Positions 14,252-28,074 of a DNA stretch of 64,000 nucleotides are shown one piece after another. The DNA is taken from contig CM022671.1 in assembly GCA_012295275.1 (NCBI GenBank), positions 14,880,001 through 14,944,000 of the forward strand, in the 5' to 3' direction. The notes beneath the pieces were generated by a model. It was not told the origin of the DNA, made no database searches, and saw only the letters and a program-made list of their open reading frames with translations. The position numbers and the translations under genes are program-made. The DNA is from Chrysomallon squamiferum (taxonomy: Eukaryota > Animalia > Mollusca). Numbering within the stretch: position 1 is the stretch's first letter; each line of letters begins with the position of its first letter.

Positions 14252-15060
14252 CTGTATATACTTGTGTACAAGGCGACCATATGTATAAGTCGATGTGTAT
14301 TTTAAGACCAAAAATTACGTCATTTTAGGTATTACTTGTGTATAAGTCGACTGTAGATTCCAGGCACCGTCACTATTTTTAGACCAGTGTGACAGTGCCA
14401 TGAAGGCCTACATTGTACGCCTATTGTAACATAACTTGCACGAGCTGTAACTTGCACGAACATACCATAATAACGTAAATGCATGTATTACACGAGCTAT
14501 AGCCTAAATGTATCATAAATAGTATCTCTTTAATGTAATAGGTCTAACATGGAGACCTAACTTGCCGTTATATTTAGCCGTTCTATGATTTACAAAATTT
14601 GTCGGTAGTGGATATTAATCACGATTGCAATATTATTTCACCAAATTCTTTACAATTAAACAAGTGAGTTTTGTTTATGAAATTAGGACCGATATTTAGT
14701 GCAATTTGGCAGAGAAGTCTGCATTCCTAGATCATTGCAAGACGCCGTAAGGCATAACGCCATACTGATGGTTTTCTCGCTTTAAAATGTATTTTTATGT
14801 CATTAAACAGAAGAATATCATGTTTTACATTCATATTTGGTTTTGTTATTTAATTTTTCAAAATGTTTTATACGATAAAATTAGATTTTTGAAAAGCTGA
14901 AAGACCGCGATTATTTTAGATGCATCCCATAGCTAAAAACAGTCAAAATGGCGACTCTTCAGCAACAGCTACAAAAGCATTACCTATGTATAAGTCGACC
15001 CCCAAAATATTACCTTAATATAGTCTCCCAAAAATTCGACTTATACACAAGTACATACGG
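14252..15060. mobile_element. Non-autonomous Tc1/mariner-superfamily (Tc2/pogo-like) DNA transposon, ~809 bp
   Basis: Terminal inverted repeats (TIRs) CTGTATATACTTGTGTACAAGGCGA (14252) and CCGTATGTACTTGTGTATAAGTCGA (reverse complement ending 15060) match at 21/25. TA on both flanks; internal GTATAAGTCGA subterminal repeats at ~14283, ~14340 and ~14988; no transposase ORF. Confidence 0.85.
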
Positions 15061-16109
15061 TAATAATGTCAAAAAGAATATGATTCCGTCATCTGGGGAA
15101 AATTCATTTTAAACTATTTGTGTGAATCATTTTCAGAATCAGTTCTGTTTTTCTGGTTAACTGACAGAAATAAAAATTATAAATGAATGATAATATATCA
15201 AGACACAAATGTTTTTTGAATGAAATGACTGACTGTGGAGAATTGCAGAATCAGAAGACATTGTTTCCTCCAAATTTGAAACTGCAGATTGGTTTTTATC
15301 TTTATTAACTACTATGCTAACTGCAGCTGCATTTGTTATAAAGGTTAGTGGTTTCATACTAAGGTATTGTAATGTCTGTAGGAACCATAGAAAAAAATTG
15401 GTGCTTACTTCTAGCCAGTATTTCCTGGTGGGTTATCTATCATACCATTTGTATTTCATAACCATTAAATTAAATGTTTTGAGGAGTCTTTAAACTTCTT
15501 TATTTTTTTTTTGTTCAAAAACATTTATGAAAATATTTTTCAACTTATATAAACATTTATATGAATAGTTTATTACAGTTATTTTATCAAGTGACAACGT
15601 GTTATGCATTTATTTGAAGAAAATTAATGTGAAAACACGCATATATGGTAGAATTGTATCTGATTAGTGGCATGGTATATTTAATAAGCATTTGTTATAA
15701 GATAAACTATCATCAGTCCATTTGGCCTAAGGGTATCCTTCAGTATGTGTTTGGTGTTAAAATCTGATCAACATAAAATTCTGTATCACATTTGCATGTC
15801 CTGAAGTACTAAAAATAGAGTAAAATCTACAAAATATTATCCTGTCATTTGTTGTTTGTTTTTTAAAATAAAAAACAGATTACTCTTTTTAGATTACCCA
15901 CTTTACACTAATATTTCTAATGAACCAGCAATTTTAACATGGATTATAATGCATTCAATGTAACTAAGAACAATTTAGTTATTAATTTAACAACTTAATA
16001 ACTAAATGAAAAGGAAACTGATTATATTTCAGAATTACTTTATAGTATGTATAATTTTATTATCACTCATTGCAGAGCATCAAAACAATATATAGCTATT
16101 TCTCTAGAC

Positions 16110-16497
16110 GAGCATTTTTCAACCTTTTAACCCTTGCATATGTGCACTTAGATGACTGATGTAAACCATGCCTGAGTCCTGAACTCGAGTGAGTCTTGTG
16201 ATACACGAATCAGTCACATGAAATACAGGTCCCATCCACTGAGTTGGCACTGACTAGTGAAGGCGGTTTCACGCTAGCGCCGTACAGACATCACTAAATA
16301 TATTCCTAATGATTATCATCTTTTTAAAAACAACAGGTTAGATAGGATAATGTCTTTTTACAATAATGAAATATTTCCCCAAGAATATGCTGTGCATAAT
16401 ATTACAAATATGAAATTAAATAAAAATAACTCAAAAGTGCATTAACTGATGTCACTCTTTCTTGCGGAATCCACAGGATCCAGGTTGAGAAATGCTG
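16110..16497. mobile_element. hAT (Charlie-like) MITE, ~388 bp
   Basis: TIRs GAGCATTTTTCAACC and CAGCATTTCTCAACC (reverse complement of the right end). 8-bp flanks CTCTAGAC (16102-16109) and CTCTTGAC (16498-16505) match at 7/8 and fit the NTCTAGAN hAT-Charlie target preference. Confidence 0.85.
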
Positions 16498-16894
16498 CTC
16501 TTGACAATTGATTGAATGTTTTACTGAAATGGGACTTCAAAAAAAAATACGACAAAGATGTTTTATATTTACAAACAAAAGTCTGCCTATTTTTATCATT
16601 AAGTTAAAAGTTTTATTGCATATTTCTCTGTGAACATATAAAACAAATGTGATTTGAAAGACAGGCTTTATTTTTAAAAAGAAAATTATTAAACATAATA
16701 TAAATGTTTTTAATTGACATAATTGCATATTGTGAACTGAACATTCATCTCTATTTTAGTAAATCTGTACATTTTGTTTCATCTTCAAATTATTAGTAAA
16801 GAATAAATAACATTTTGAAAATGGTCATTTTTCTATACCTAAATAAGGGAAGTTTTTTAAACTAATAAAAAAGAGTGGTTGTAAATACACTTCA

Positions 16895-18766
16895 TCAGAC
16901 ATTATTTACTGGATAAAATTTCCTAATAGTTGCATCCATTAAACTATCCACAGATCTATCTATTGGCTTTATAATAAATGGAATACAAGAAAGTCCTATC
17001 ACAGTTACAGTCCATTTTTTAACTGGTGCTGATAAATGAGTGGTTCTTTTTAACAACATGCCAGAAAAGGCACAAATTCTGTTTATGGTAAAACCTGGAA
17101 TAACAACTGATGCCATGGCTTGCCAGATCAATGTGTCTCCAGAAGCAGATATGATTTTCACAACCCTTTTCTCCTTGGGGATACATACATCCTGCAAAAA
17201 TGATGAAATGACAAGAGTTTATTTAGCATAATGCATAATACAGATATTACTGATTTTTCAGAAGAGTGAATTCTTTGATTAACTGTAAACAAAATTAATG
17301 CACATGTTTTGTTTTGGGTTTTTTTTCGTTAAATTGTTAGAACTAAACTGTAAATAAGTACAATATATTAAATTAGATAGTGGTGTTAGAACAGATTGCC
17401 ATGTTTTTGTAACATTGAAGAAGCTTTGTGAAAATTATTCTCTCACCTTTTTAACTTTTATGCCTTTGTGGAGTGAATCTGCCAGGACATATCCACTGGC
17501 AATAACATAGCTCAGATGAACAAATCGGACATGAATTAAAGAACGGAAAGCTTCTCCCACTTCATTTGTATAGCCTGTGTAAAACAGCATTATTTAAATG
17601 TTAAAATATATATGAAATATTTTAGGAATATTATAAAATAAAAGTAAGATGAGTAGTTTTTTGTAATCATTCTTTCAAACATTTGCCATACTAATATAAT
17701 TCTCTATTTTCATTAAATGAAGCCTCCACCAAATATCACCCCAACCCCACAAAAAAAAAAATAATAATAATAATAATAAAAAATAAAAACTAGTTAAAAA
17801 ACTACATCAACTTTGCAAAAAAGAAATATCCCTGTTATGATTACTATGGAAGAGTAAGTTGAGGACAAATTATGTAACCAGCTCTTTTTCTCTAAATATC
17901 ACTATTTGTTTTGTTTTGGGGTTTTTGACACTTTAAAATGAGGCATGTCAAACACACACACACACACACACCATTACTGCAACTAGCACTTGTCATTTTA
18001 ATTCAAGATAAGATTAAAAATATTTCCAAAATATTTGAAATATGTATATATATATAAAGAATAAATAAAAATATAATAGTAAATAGATGAATCCAGCATT
18101 ATTTGTTAGTTTAAATTAGAAGAAATTAAAAACGAATAATAATAATCGTGTGCCTTCGAAGCTATGAGACACCTGAGACACCTGTTTAGGATACTGTGAT
18201 GCGTAAACGGCTGTATCATGTGCTAGGCACGTGACACTAATCATTTTAATGTAAACATTCCGATTGTGACTTACGTTTAAACAGGTTAGTACAAAGCGTT
18301 TACAAATTAACGGTTTCTGAAACCATTGGCATCAGTATTACCGGAATAAATTAGAATCAGCCATAACAAGTTAAAGTAATAAAGTTTATTGCTTTTACAA
18401 ACACGAACTGAACACGTTATGATGGTTACCTGAATAGTGAATAGTGAATTATAAATATGAATATGCCATGCAAATAAATAATCTCCAATTCTTACTTGAT
18501 AAGTAGAAATTCGAAATTGATCGATATAAGGGTGCATAATATCGAATATTTTTTTTAAATAACATTTCTTAAACATATGGCAATTTTTGTTTAGGCCCAG
18601 TTGTGATTTCTGGTGGTAATACCGACAAATATTCGGACGAGTCTAAATATCGGTCTGCATTTGCCGGAATCGGTTAACTTACCAAGATATCTGATTAAAG
18701 TGTCTTTAAAAATGTCTTTTTCTTTATATGGGTTGCAGGATCCTCATTTTTGTTTGATATATTCAT
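16895..18766 (-). CDS. MTFP1: Mitochondrial fission process protein 1 (MTP18); exons ~18683-18766, 17447-17574, 16895-17191; apparent 1-nt frameshift in exon 1 as assembled
   Basis: DIFKDTLIRYL|GYTNEVGEAFRSLI...SYVIASGYVLADSLHKG...DTLIWQAMASVVIPGFTINRIC...IPFIIKPIDRSVD are MTP18 family hallmarks. Confidence 0.92.
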
Positions 18767-20083
18767 TATCTGAATGTAATCATCCCTATCTGAAACTCGA
18801 GATCGACTGTTAACTGGAGGTTGTAGTTCAAGGTGATGAAGGTCACTATGGAATATATAGGACGATGTGGTATATTCTTATTTTGTTGTTCCACTTGGGA
18901 ATTTAAATTTAAATAACATATTTATATAAAGTCAAAATTACAGTTAATATACAATATTAATAATAATTACATCAGTGTTGTGAAGTATAATGCGGATGCA
19001 GTAATTGTCAACAACCGATAAAAATATCGAGCATCAGTTGTGAATTAATCAAATCAGAATTATTTATTATATAAACTGTATAATTATCCTTAAGTTAAAA
19101 TAATCAAGACGTAACTTTTTTAAAACTCAAACAAACCACGTTAGAAATAAAACAGATATGTGTTACTAAACATCCTAATGGTATTTTTAAACCTTTTCTA
19201 AATAATTTTTAATTTTTATTTATTTATTTTATTATTGTTGTTGTTTGCAACACAAACTGTCAGAGCCAACACCTAATACTCAGACTGAATACCACAATTA
19301 ACTACATTTTCAAGCCATATTCGGTCAAGAAATAAAACAACAAAAAACAAAAACACATGAATTATAATAATAAATACTAACTGCAAGTTTGAAAATTGCC
19401 TCCACTAAAATATTACTTTAGAAAACATTTTTTCAAAGCATCAGTTTTATGACATGAGATGCATTTTCCACAATATGAAAAGACTATTTAGAAATTTTTA
19501 GCTATTCCTCTGGCATATGACTTGTATTTAAATATTAATATAAATTACTAACTTGCATTGCTTATATCCAACTTCCACACCGTTTCAGTCTTAAATTCTT
19601 TGTGTAATGTAATTGTTCTTAACTTTAAAAGTAATGTGATTTCAGTAATTAAAAGAATATATAAATTAATAAAATAAAAATAGAAAAGAAAGATTTAAAG
19701 CCAACACAAATCTGAAGTATGCAGATTATTTTTTTTATTGACAAGCGGGAAATAATAATTGAAGATGATATAAATTCTGTGTAAAGGACATCATATTTAT
19801 CCACATTTCATTGACACATATATTTAACAAAAATGTAACTGTTTATAACAGGCAGTTTCAAACAATAAAGAAATGCCCAGAAGTAGTCTTCATATCTGGA
19901 AAACTGAATATCACAAAATAAAATGTCACGAATTCTGAAACATGATTTATTCTGGTACGTTGAAATTGTGAAAATGAAAGTTAAGTTAATTAATTTTTTC
20001 TTTTCTTTTTTTCATTCAATTCTGAACGTAAATATTGGCTCCATTGTTCTTTCACTTTGTGCATTCTGAACGTTGCACATGTC

Positions 20084-21526
20084 TCACTGTGTTAGTGCTT
20101 TGATGTCGTCAATCAGTTTTTTCCCATATTCCTTCCAGTCCATCTGTGTGGCTGAGACACAAATAGTTTTCAGACGGCTCTCGTCCTGCAGAAACAAAAG
20201 AAAACTGATAAAAAGTAAGAAATTTAATTATTTATGACCAGTACTCTCTGTATGTATTCTGATAGAAAGGTTGTTTCACATTTTATTTTATCCCAAATTA
20301 TGCTTTATTAATACAATGAATGTTCAATGACACCCCAGCATGAAAAACATATCAGCTGTCAGGTTTATTCCTACAGGCCAATTTGTTTAAATTGGTAAAC
20401 ACAATTTAATTGTTCCATCAAAAGTAACCTTACAATCAACATACATAACAAAAGTAACCTTACGTTGTATTTCTCCATTTTGGCTCTCAGTTTAAATATG
20501 TATGAATTGAACATCGAATTACTGATAATCTGATCAAAAGCTGGCTCATTCTGGAAAAAAAAAAAAAAAAAATAAAAATACAATGATTAACATTGTGATT
20601 CTACAAACACATTCATATATATTAAAAAATATATACATATACACTGAACAAGTTTTCACAAACATTAGTTAATTCACATTTGTCCAACCCAAATGAATCC
20701 AACAACATTGTGATTCTACCAAAATATTTAATATGTTGGAGATGAATGGCAGACAATTGGTTTAGTAAAGTAGTCTGGTGACTGGTGCTTAGAACTAAGT
20801 AGTCAGAAAAAAAAAAAAAAAGGAATATTTGTCTACATACAGTATGAATTTAACTTTTAATTAATGTAAAAAAAGGATGTATTTTCCTTTAATTTATATA
20901 TTAAATGGAATATAAAAATGTCTCAATTTAAAGTAAATTAAAACTGAGGTAGGGCATTGTCTAACTGTATTGCTTTCAGAATTAATTTCTTAACTAATAA
21001 AATTTGACAGTCATACTTGTTCTCTGAGGTGACCAAGTTCATCAGCCTTGTGGCCTAACAGTATTTCTGCTGATTCCTGGAAACATGTTATCCAGTGATT
21101 GTCTGTGAAGTCTGCAAGATTTGCCTGTAAGTTAAAAGTATGTCATGATTTTTTTTATAACAAAAGCACAGCACAGATGAGCTACAACTATAATATAAAT
21201 TTGACTTTTGGAAAGGTTTAAAAAAATATCTAAAAATATAAAAATACTCATCGCAAAAAATCTTCACACAGCTTCATGCTGACTAAAAGGATACATTACT
21301 CAGAACGGAAGAAGAAATATAAGCACATACCTGAAGGATCATCCTCCATTTGTAATTTGAAAATTCCTGACTGCACTTTTCACAACGGAACAAGCCATTC
21401 CCCTGGTCAACTAATTTCTTGTTACACTGCTCAGTTGGGCAAGCCTGCAAGTTAAGTGTTAATATATTTATAAGTTGTGAAAGAAAGAAGAGAGAGAGAA
21501 CATGGTGTGTTTCTATATATAGATAG

Positions 21527-21566
<40 letters not shown>

Positions 21567-24500
21567 CAGTAAATATTTAAATTTAAAAACCTTAAACCAA
21601 ATTATTTTGTGTATTTTAACTCCAAACATTTACATACACCATAAATCTTCAGAACATATGTATATTTTTAAATGATTTTAAATATGTAAGTGACATACTT
21701 TGTACATGCAATTCTCTTTTCTCACAAAAACAACAGTCCCTTTGCATGTGAAATAATCAGGTTTGTCTCCATTTCCAAGATTTTCAGTCTTCACCTGCGT
21801 AAAATATTTCCAGTTGGTTGCATGTCCTGAGAGGAGAAAAAACAATTCTACATTTTCAATTGTTTTTCTTTCTTTTTTTTTTAATTATTATCTTTTTTAT
21901 TTTATTTCATTTCATTTTTTAATTGTTTATTATTATTCGTTTCTTTTTTTTTTTTTCATCTTTGATATAAGTTAAAACAGCAAAACTACTTTTTACAAGT
22001 GATTTCAAGGGGATCAAATTTGGTTGGTATGAATATTATTTGCTCAGATGGAATACTGAAAAAAAAAAAAAAAAAAAAAAAAAATGTTTTATCACCTCCT
22101 GCAATAGTTTCATTGCGATATGAGTCAAAGTTAAGCTGATGTCCTTCCTTGTCAAACCAACCTCTCAACAGATGAGCTTCGTGTATGTCTGGATTGATAA
22201 TCAACTGACTCGATGCCAAAACTGACAGAGAACGACCTATTCATAATATAAAAATAATATATGACAAATTTTTTATTTTTTATTTTAAATAGCTCTAATG
22301 ATTAAGAGTATTTATTCAGTTTCAGTTTCTGTTAGAAAGATAATAAAAGGAATAGAGGCATCACATGTAGGATTTTTTGTTTTAATTTTTCTCAGTCTTG
22401 ATGATCACTTCCTTACCATATTTTAATAACAGATGATGTAAAATAAATCAGATGTACCCATTTGGGACATGAGGAATTAAAAAATTGCCTAAAACATGGC
22501 TTGATGTCAGTATAATGTATTAAATGTACCAAATCATAAATTACCTCCAAAATCAGAAAGACGTGCTCCTTTGACAGCAATAATTGGATGGTTATCTCCA
22601 TTAAACTGAACTGCCTGAAATTTTTTAAAAAAGAAGCTTTTATTTATTAAGGCTGTTCTTGATGAGAACTGTGGTGTGGTGAGTTTTGACTTTTATATTG
22701 CAAAGTTTGAATCCCTAACAAAGGAGGTTCTAGCAAACTTCTTAAACAATACCAAAACAATCTCAAAGGCATCCAGCTTTTTTTTTTTTTTTAAATTTGA
22801 TAAATAAAAAAAGTCTGATTTGAAAAATAGTAAACAGAAAAATAATATTTTGTTAGCAGTAAATGGATTAATTTTAAATTTTAACTGATGTAATGCAATC
22901 TTTCATATCTATTTTTTTTTTTTTTTTTTTTTTAGATCTGTGAATACTAGAAAAGTTCCTTACATCGTTTCCCCAAAGTGTGACACTCAAACACATTCCA
23001 GACTGGTCCACAACAGTCAAATCTCTCTTTGTGATTTCCTTTTTACTCTGTTTACCCACAACAGTAGAAATATCAGCACAATGCTTCACTACACCAATGA
23101 TATCTATAAATGAAAACAAAATTACATGTAATGCACATTTCCATAAATACATAACTGTTTTTTTCTGTCTGAAAATCAGGTCCAAAAAAATAATTAATTA
23201 TTAATAAATAAAATTATTACAGTGTTAATTAGAAAACCCAGCAAAGTCTAAGTATATACATTTTTTTATAGACAGTATATTTTTGATCAAAAATATCTGT
23301 GAATCATTGATAAACTTAACATATGCTAAACAAACAGAAAGTGTATTTAAACTGAACATCAACAAATAATGCTAAGGTAACCCATTACAAAACAATCAAA
23401 AATAAAAAAAATAAAAAAGAAACCCACTCTTCAATATAACTATGCTGATATAAATCTGATAATAAATGCAAGTTACATATATCTTAAGATTAAAAAAAAT
23501 ATATGGAAACTATCAAACCTGAGAATCAACTTTGAATTGAAAAAATACTTACCAACCAGATTATTAGCTTCTTTTTTATCAAGCTCATTAAGTTTTACAA
23601 AGTCAAATGATGTGCTGGGTAAATCCACATCTTCTGTGCACAGTTCAATGGATGTATCATTATTGAAGGTCATTTCATAATCATTCTTCACAGATGAATA
23701 TTGTTTGTTAGCAGTCTTCAGTGAGGCCCGACTGACATAGTAAACCTACGTCAATTAAAGTTGGGCTTAAGATTTTCATAATTAACTGATGTCATTGCTA
23801 TACACAATCAATTGATGCCTTTCGTATACATATTAACAGATGTCATTCATATACTCAAATAACAGATGTCATTTATATATAATTCATTATATGGAAATAC
23901 ATGCAACATTAACTAAATGTACTTCTCTTTACCAGTGCTGATTAGATAGGAGATAAAAGAAATAAAATAAGTTTCTTTTTAGTTTTTAAAATGATTCATT
24001 TAACACAATTTATATATTAAATATTTTCTGCCATATGTTTGCAGATTTTGGTAAAAATTTGTCATACATGTCATATGGCATCTAATTTACTGTTTAAAAG
24101 GCTTGGGGTTTTTTGCCATATTCTTTTCACATACTAGCTAAAATTTGTCATGTATCTGCTCTAATTTACTGTTTAAAAGGGTTTTGATATGATGACCAAC
24201 CTTATTCATTTCGAGAAAATCATAAAACTTGTCAACAACATCAGTGAATCCAGTGGCTCTGATCTCTCCACTTTCATCTGTCAGGGTGATATTAAAAACC
24301 TTCCCTTCTCCACGTGAATTGCTCCACTCTCGAATGCCTGATTTCTGAGTGACACGGGCTCGAATAAGCCATCTGAAATGTTCAATTGTTGTTTTTTAAT
24401 GACAAATATAACACAACATTCAACATAATGAGAAACAAAAGTAGTATTAATTATACAACTTAAGTTATAAATTTTATTTTTTTTTTTTTTCAGTGTACAA

Positions 24501-27500
24501 TCTTGCAACACACAACTTAACATTCAAGATTATGTGAAATATTAATAGAACACTAGTTCATTTCTTTTTTTTTTTTTCATTCCTAAAACACACAACTAAC
24601 GAGATATGTAAATTTTAAACAGGGTATATTACAATCAACATACATAACAAATTTATAAAAAAAAATAATTTCATAATGATCTTGGTTTCAGGTAAAGCAT
24701 GAAAATGAATGCAGATCTTAATTCCTTTGAATCCATTTTACTTTTTTTCTTTTTTTTTTTTTTTTGAATAAAGGATATTTTTTCAGAATGGAAATGTATG
24801 TGACAAGTTTGTCATTACCTGTTCTGGTAAGGGGTGAGGCTGGCAATTGAATGCACTCTGCTGTTTGGTGTGGCTGGACTGTTAGCTGGTTTCACACTGT
24901 ATCCACCTGGTCGAGATGAAGTATTCTTGTTCATAATAGGAGCTTGAAAAACAAGGCAATTCAATTTTTAACAGTTGTTCAGAACAAACAAACAAATACA
25001 CCATACTAGTAATATGCAACTGTTTGACAGAAATCTCCAATGAAAAGAGAAAACCAAATTAAAATTTTAAACATACCTTTGTTATAGGGACTTGGCTGAA
25101 CGGGTTTTGACTGCTGTGGTTCTAGTTAATAAAAATAAAATAAAAAAAGGCATGTTATTCAGGAATATATAGATGGATAGACAGCTAGCTAGATTAATTA
25201 ATATATATTCAAATGTTTATAACTTTTAGTGCAGTACTACTACAGTTTCAAAAGTGCAACTACAAATTTATTTCTTCAATGTTCAATTTATGTTTATTCA
25301 ACAGAAATGCCAGCACAATTCTTCATTATGCTTGATGGTATCTAAGAAATTGCAAAATGTTAAGAAATGGGCAAGCAGTGTAAATGTTTAGAAGACAATA
25401 CTGGTGTTCTTACCATTTGTTACTCCATTTTGAGCTGGTGTACTGGCAGCAGGAGCAGCTTTAAATTAAAACAAAAAACCATTTAGAGACATATTTAAAA
25501 GATATACCAACATTTTTTCTCAGTCTGTCAGTTAATCTCATGAATACACAAAAGAAAAAAAGATTTTTGAACACATTCTACAGCTAAACTGCAACAAGAA
25601 GACAAAAAGGTAGCTGCAAATAAATACACCTGCAACGATTATTATTACAAAGGATTATTGTTTCACCTGATGAATCTCCACCAGATTTGTACTGCACTGG
25701 ATTGCCCAGTTTGTCACCAACCTCAACACCAGTCTGCAGGACGCTCATTTCAAGTATAACAATGATCCGTCTGCAAAGAATAAATCAAGTTTATTTCTAC
25801 AACAAAAACAACGTCAATTCCCTCCTCATTAAAAACATTTTATCTCATTAGTAGTTTATGCTCTGAAAATATAATGAAAAAAAAAGAGGAAGCATTCAAC
25901 TGGTATATTTTTATGACATATATGCCTTTAAATTAAGAAGAGCTTTATATATTCAAGCAGTAGTTCCAAAATTATTTGTCCAAATGAAGTTAAAAGTATC
26001 AGATTATGTAAACTAAACAAAACAATGTTAACATTTTTAACATAAATGTATAAATTAAAATTTAAAATACAAATAGATAAATTCTGTTAATTTTATTATA
26101 TTTAAAAATGAACTTTAACCTGTCTCCATTAATTGTGTTACAGATGTAACGATCAATCTGCACAACACTCAAATTATCCAACTTCCCATCCTCCATTAAA
26201 CTATTCAGCTGAATGGCAAGCATGGCGTCTGAAAATAGTTACATTTAAGAATTTAAACCACAAATGCATTTCAACATAAATACATAACTGAATATATATT
26301 TGAATAATATATGTAAGTCTTGTCTCTTTAATTATAAAAAATATCTGTGTTATATCTTAAAGTAATAAAAAAGATAATCATGTGTTGAACACTGCTAAAG
26401 ATCTGTAACTTAAGGAATCACTTGGCATCATTCATCTGATTTAATTTTGAGATAGCTGAATGGAAAAATTAACAAAAATTTGATAAAAAGGAGCCATAAA
26501 AAAACACACAAAAAAACATTGATAGGAATGCTTTCAAACAGAACTGCCCATTGAAAAGTAATCACATTCCGTTGAGAAGACAAACAGAAAAACACTGTCA
26601 CACAAAAAGTCACCAAATGGAGTTGTTTTGAACAGAACAACAAGCACAATAGACAGAATATGTTTATTCATTTTAATGGCATTGAAACATTCTCACACAT
26701 TACTTTTAAGGCTTTGTGACAGATCATTTAACAAAAAAATGTCAGGGTGAGAGCTTCTTAAACTCCTTCTGCTCCCTGCAGTTTTAATATTTGTACTTGT
26801 AGCATTGTACCATCAGTTCCACATCTCTGTGACTGTGTTTACTTCACTGTAAAAAGAATTATGGTTCCTCTTACTTTAATTTAACCCTTCCTAAACAGAA
26901 ACAAATTGAAAGTTGTGCCTATCTCAAAAGTGAAGTCTTTGATGTCCAATGTCTTTTTTTTTTTTTTTTTAACAAAGGTTTAATAAAAAAAAATAATAAT
27001 AATAAGAAAAAGAAAAAACATCTATTTACGTGAATAACTAAGTTGTCCATCTGAAAGCAGGAACCTGTATCTGTCAGCACAGCCTCCAGAAGACATCTTT
27101 CTAAAACTCTTAAAAAGAAAAAAAAAATTTTTAAAATTAAATACCTAATCTGAAAGGTACCCAAAGTTGTTAATAGTGATTCCTGCTATGTGATTTTGCT
27201 TTTACAGTAAAAAAAAAAATAAATAAAAATGCTGAAAAATAATAACTTTGAAATAACCCTTCACTAAAGATTATTTAAGACAAAACAAATTTTTTTTTTT
27301 ATGGTTATTCGTCTATCCACTGACTGTTAATTATTTACTTCTTAGATATTTATATTACTGAAAATAAAAATTGTGGAATACAATGTCCTATATAATTCAG
27401 TCATGTGTTAAAACGAAAGTTAATTCTATTGAAACTTTACTTACTATCACTTGTAAAATTGGCTTCTCTGGTGTTTGACCATTGATGATAGCCTGTAAAA

Positions 27501-28043
27501 TATATACATATATTTTTTAGATAAAGAAACACCAAAAATAAAATAAAATAGAAATAACCAGCTTACATTTATTCTAGAACAATGCATTAATCATAAATGT
27601 ATAATACAGACTTAATGCATTTCCCCATATGTGAATTATCAGAAATTGTTAATTAAAGCATTTACAAGAACAAAACGATAGTAATAAAAAATGGTTTAAT
27701 AATAGTAACTGTAATCATTATCACTGAAACCTGATTTGCTATCAGTAAAGCAGTGGCAATGGTAATTGTTGGACAACTTTTAAAAATATGATTTAAAAAA
27801 TTGCCTAAAACATGTCTTGATGTCACTATAACATATTATATCATATGATTTTTAAAGCAGGAATAGTGAGTGTGAAGTAGACCATTTGAATTTCGACATT
27901 AGACAGTGTTGATATTTTGGACTGAACTAGTTTAATAGTTGTTAAGCGTTCATTTCCTGTTCACAAAAATAAATCAGGGCACCATTATCTTTTGGAGGAC
28001 AATCTATAAAAAATACTTTAAATTTCAAAAAAAAAAAAAAAAA

Positions 28044-28074
<31 letters not shown>

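Noticed and set aside
16895-18766. Calling MTFP1 or MYO1C pseudogenes because of single frameshifts
   Set aside because: Both indels sit in homopolymer runs and all other exons and splice sites are intact, so assembly error is the simpler explanation.
20318-20365. Fragment gaatgttcaatgacaccccagcatgaaaaac resembling an interspersed repeat I associate with gastropod genomes
   Set aside because: Based on recollection only and too short to classify or to assign the species without a database search.
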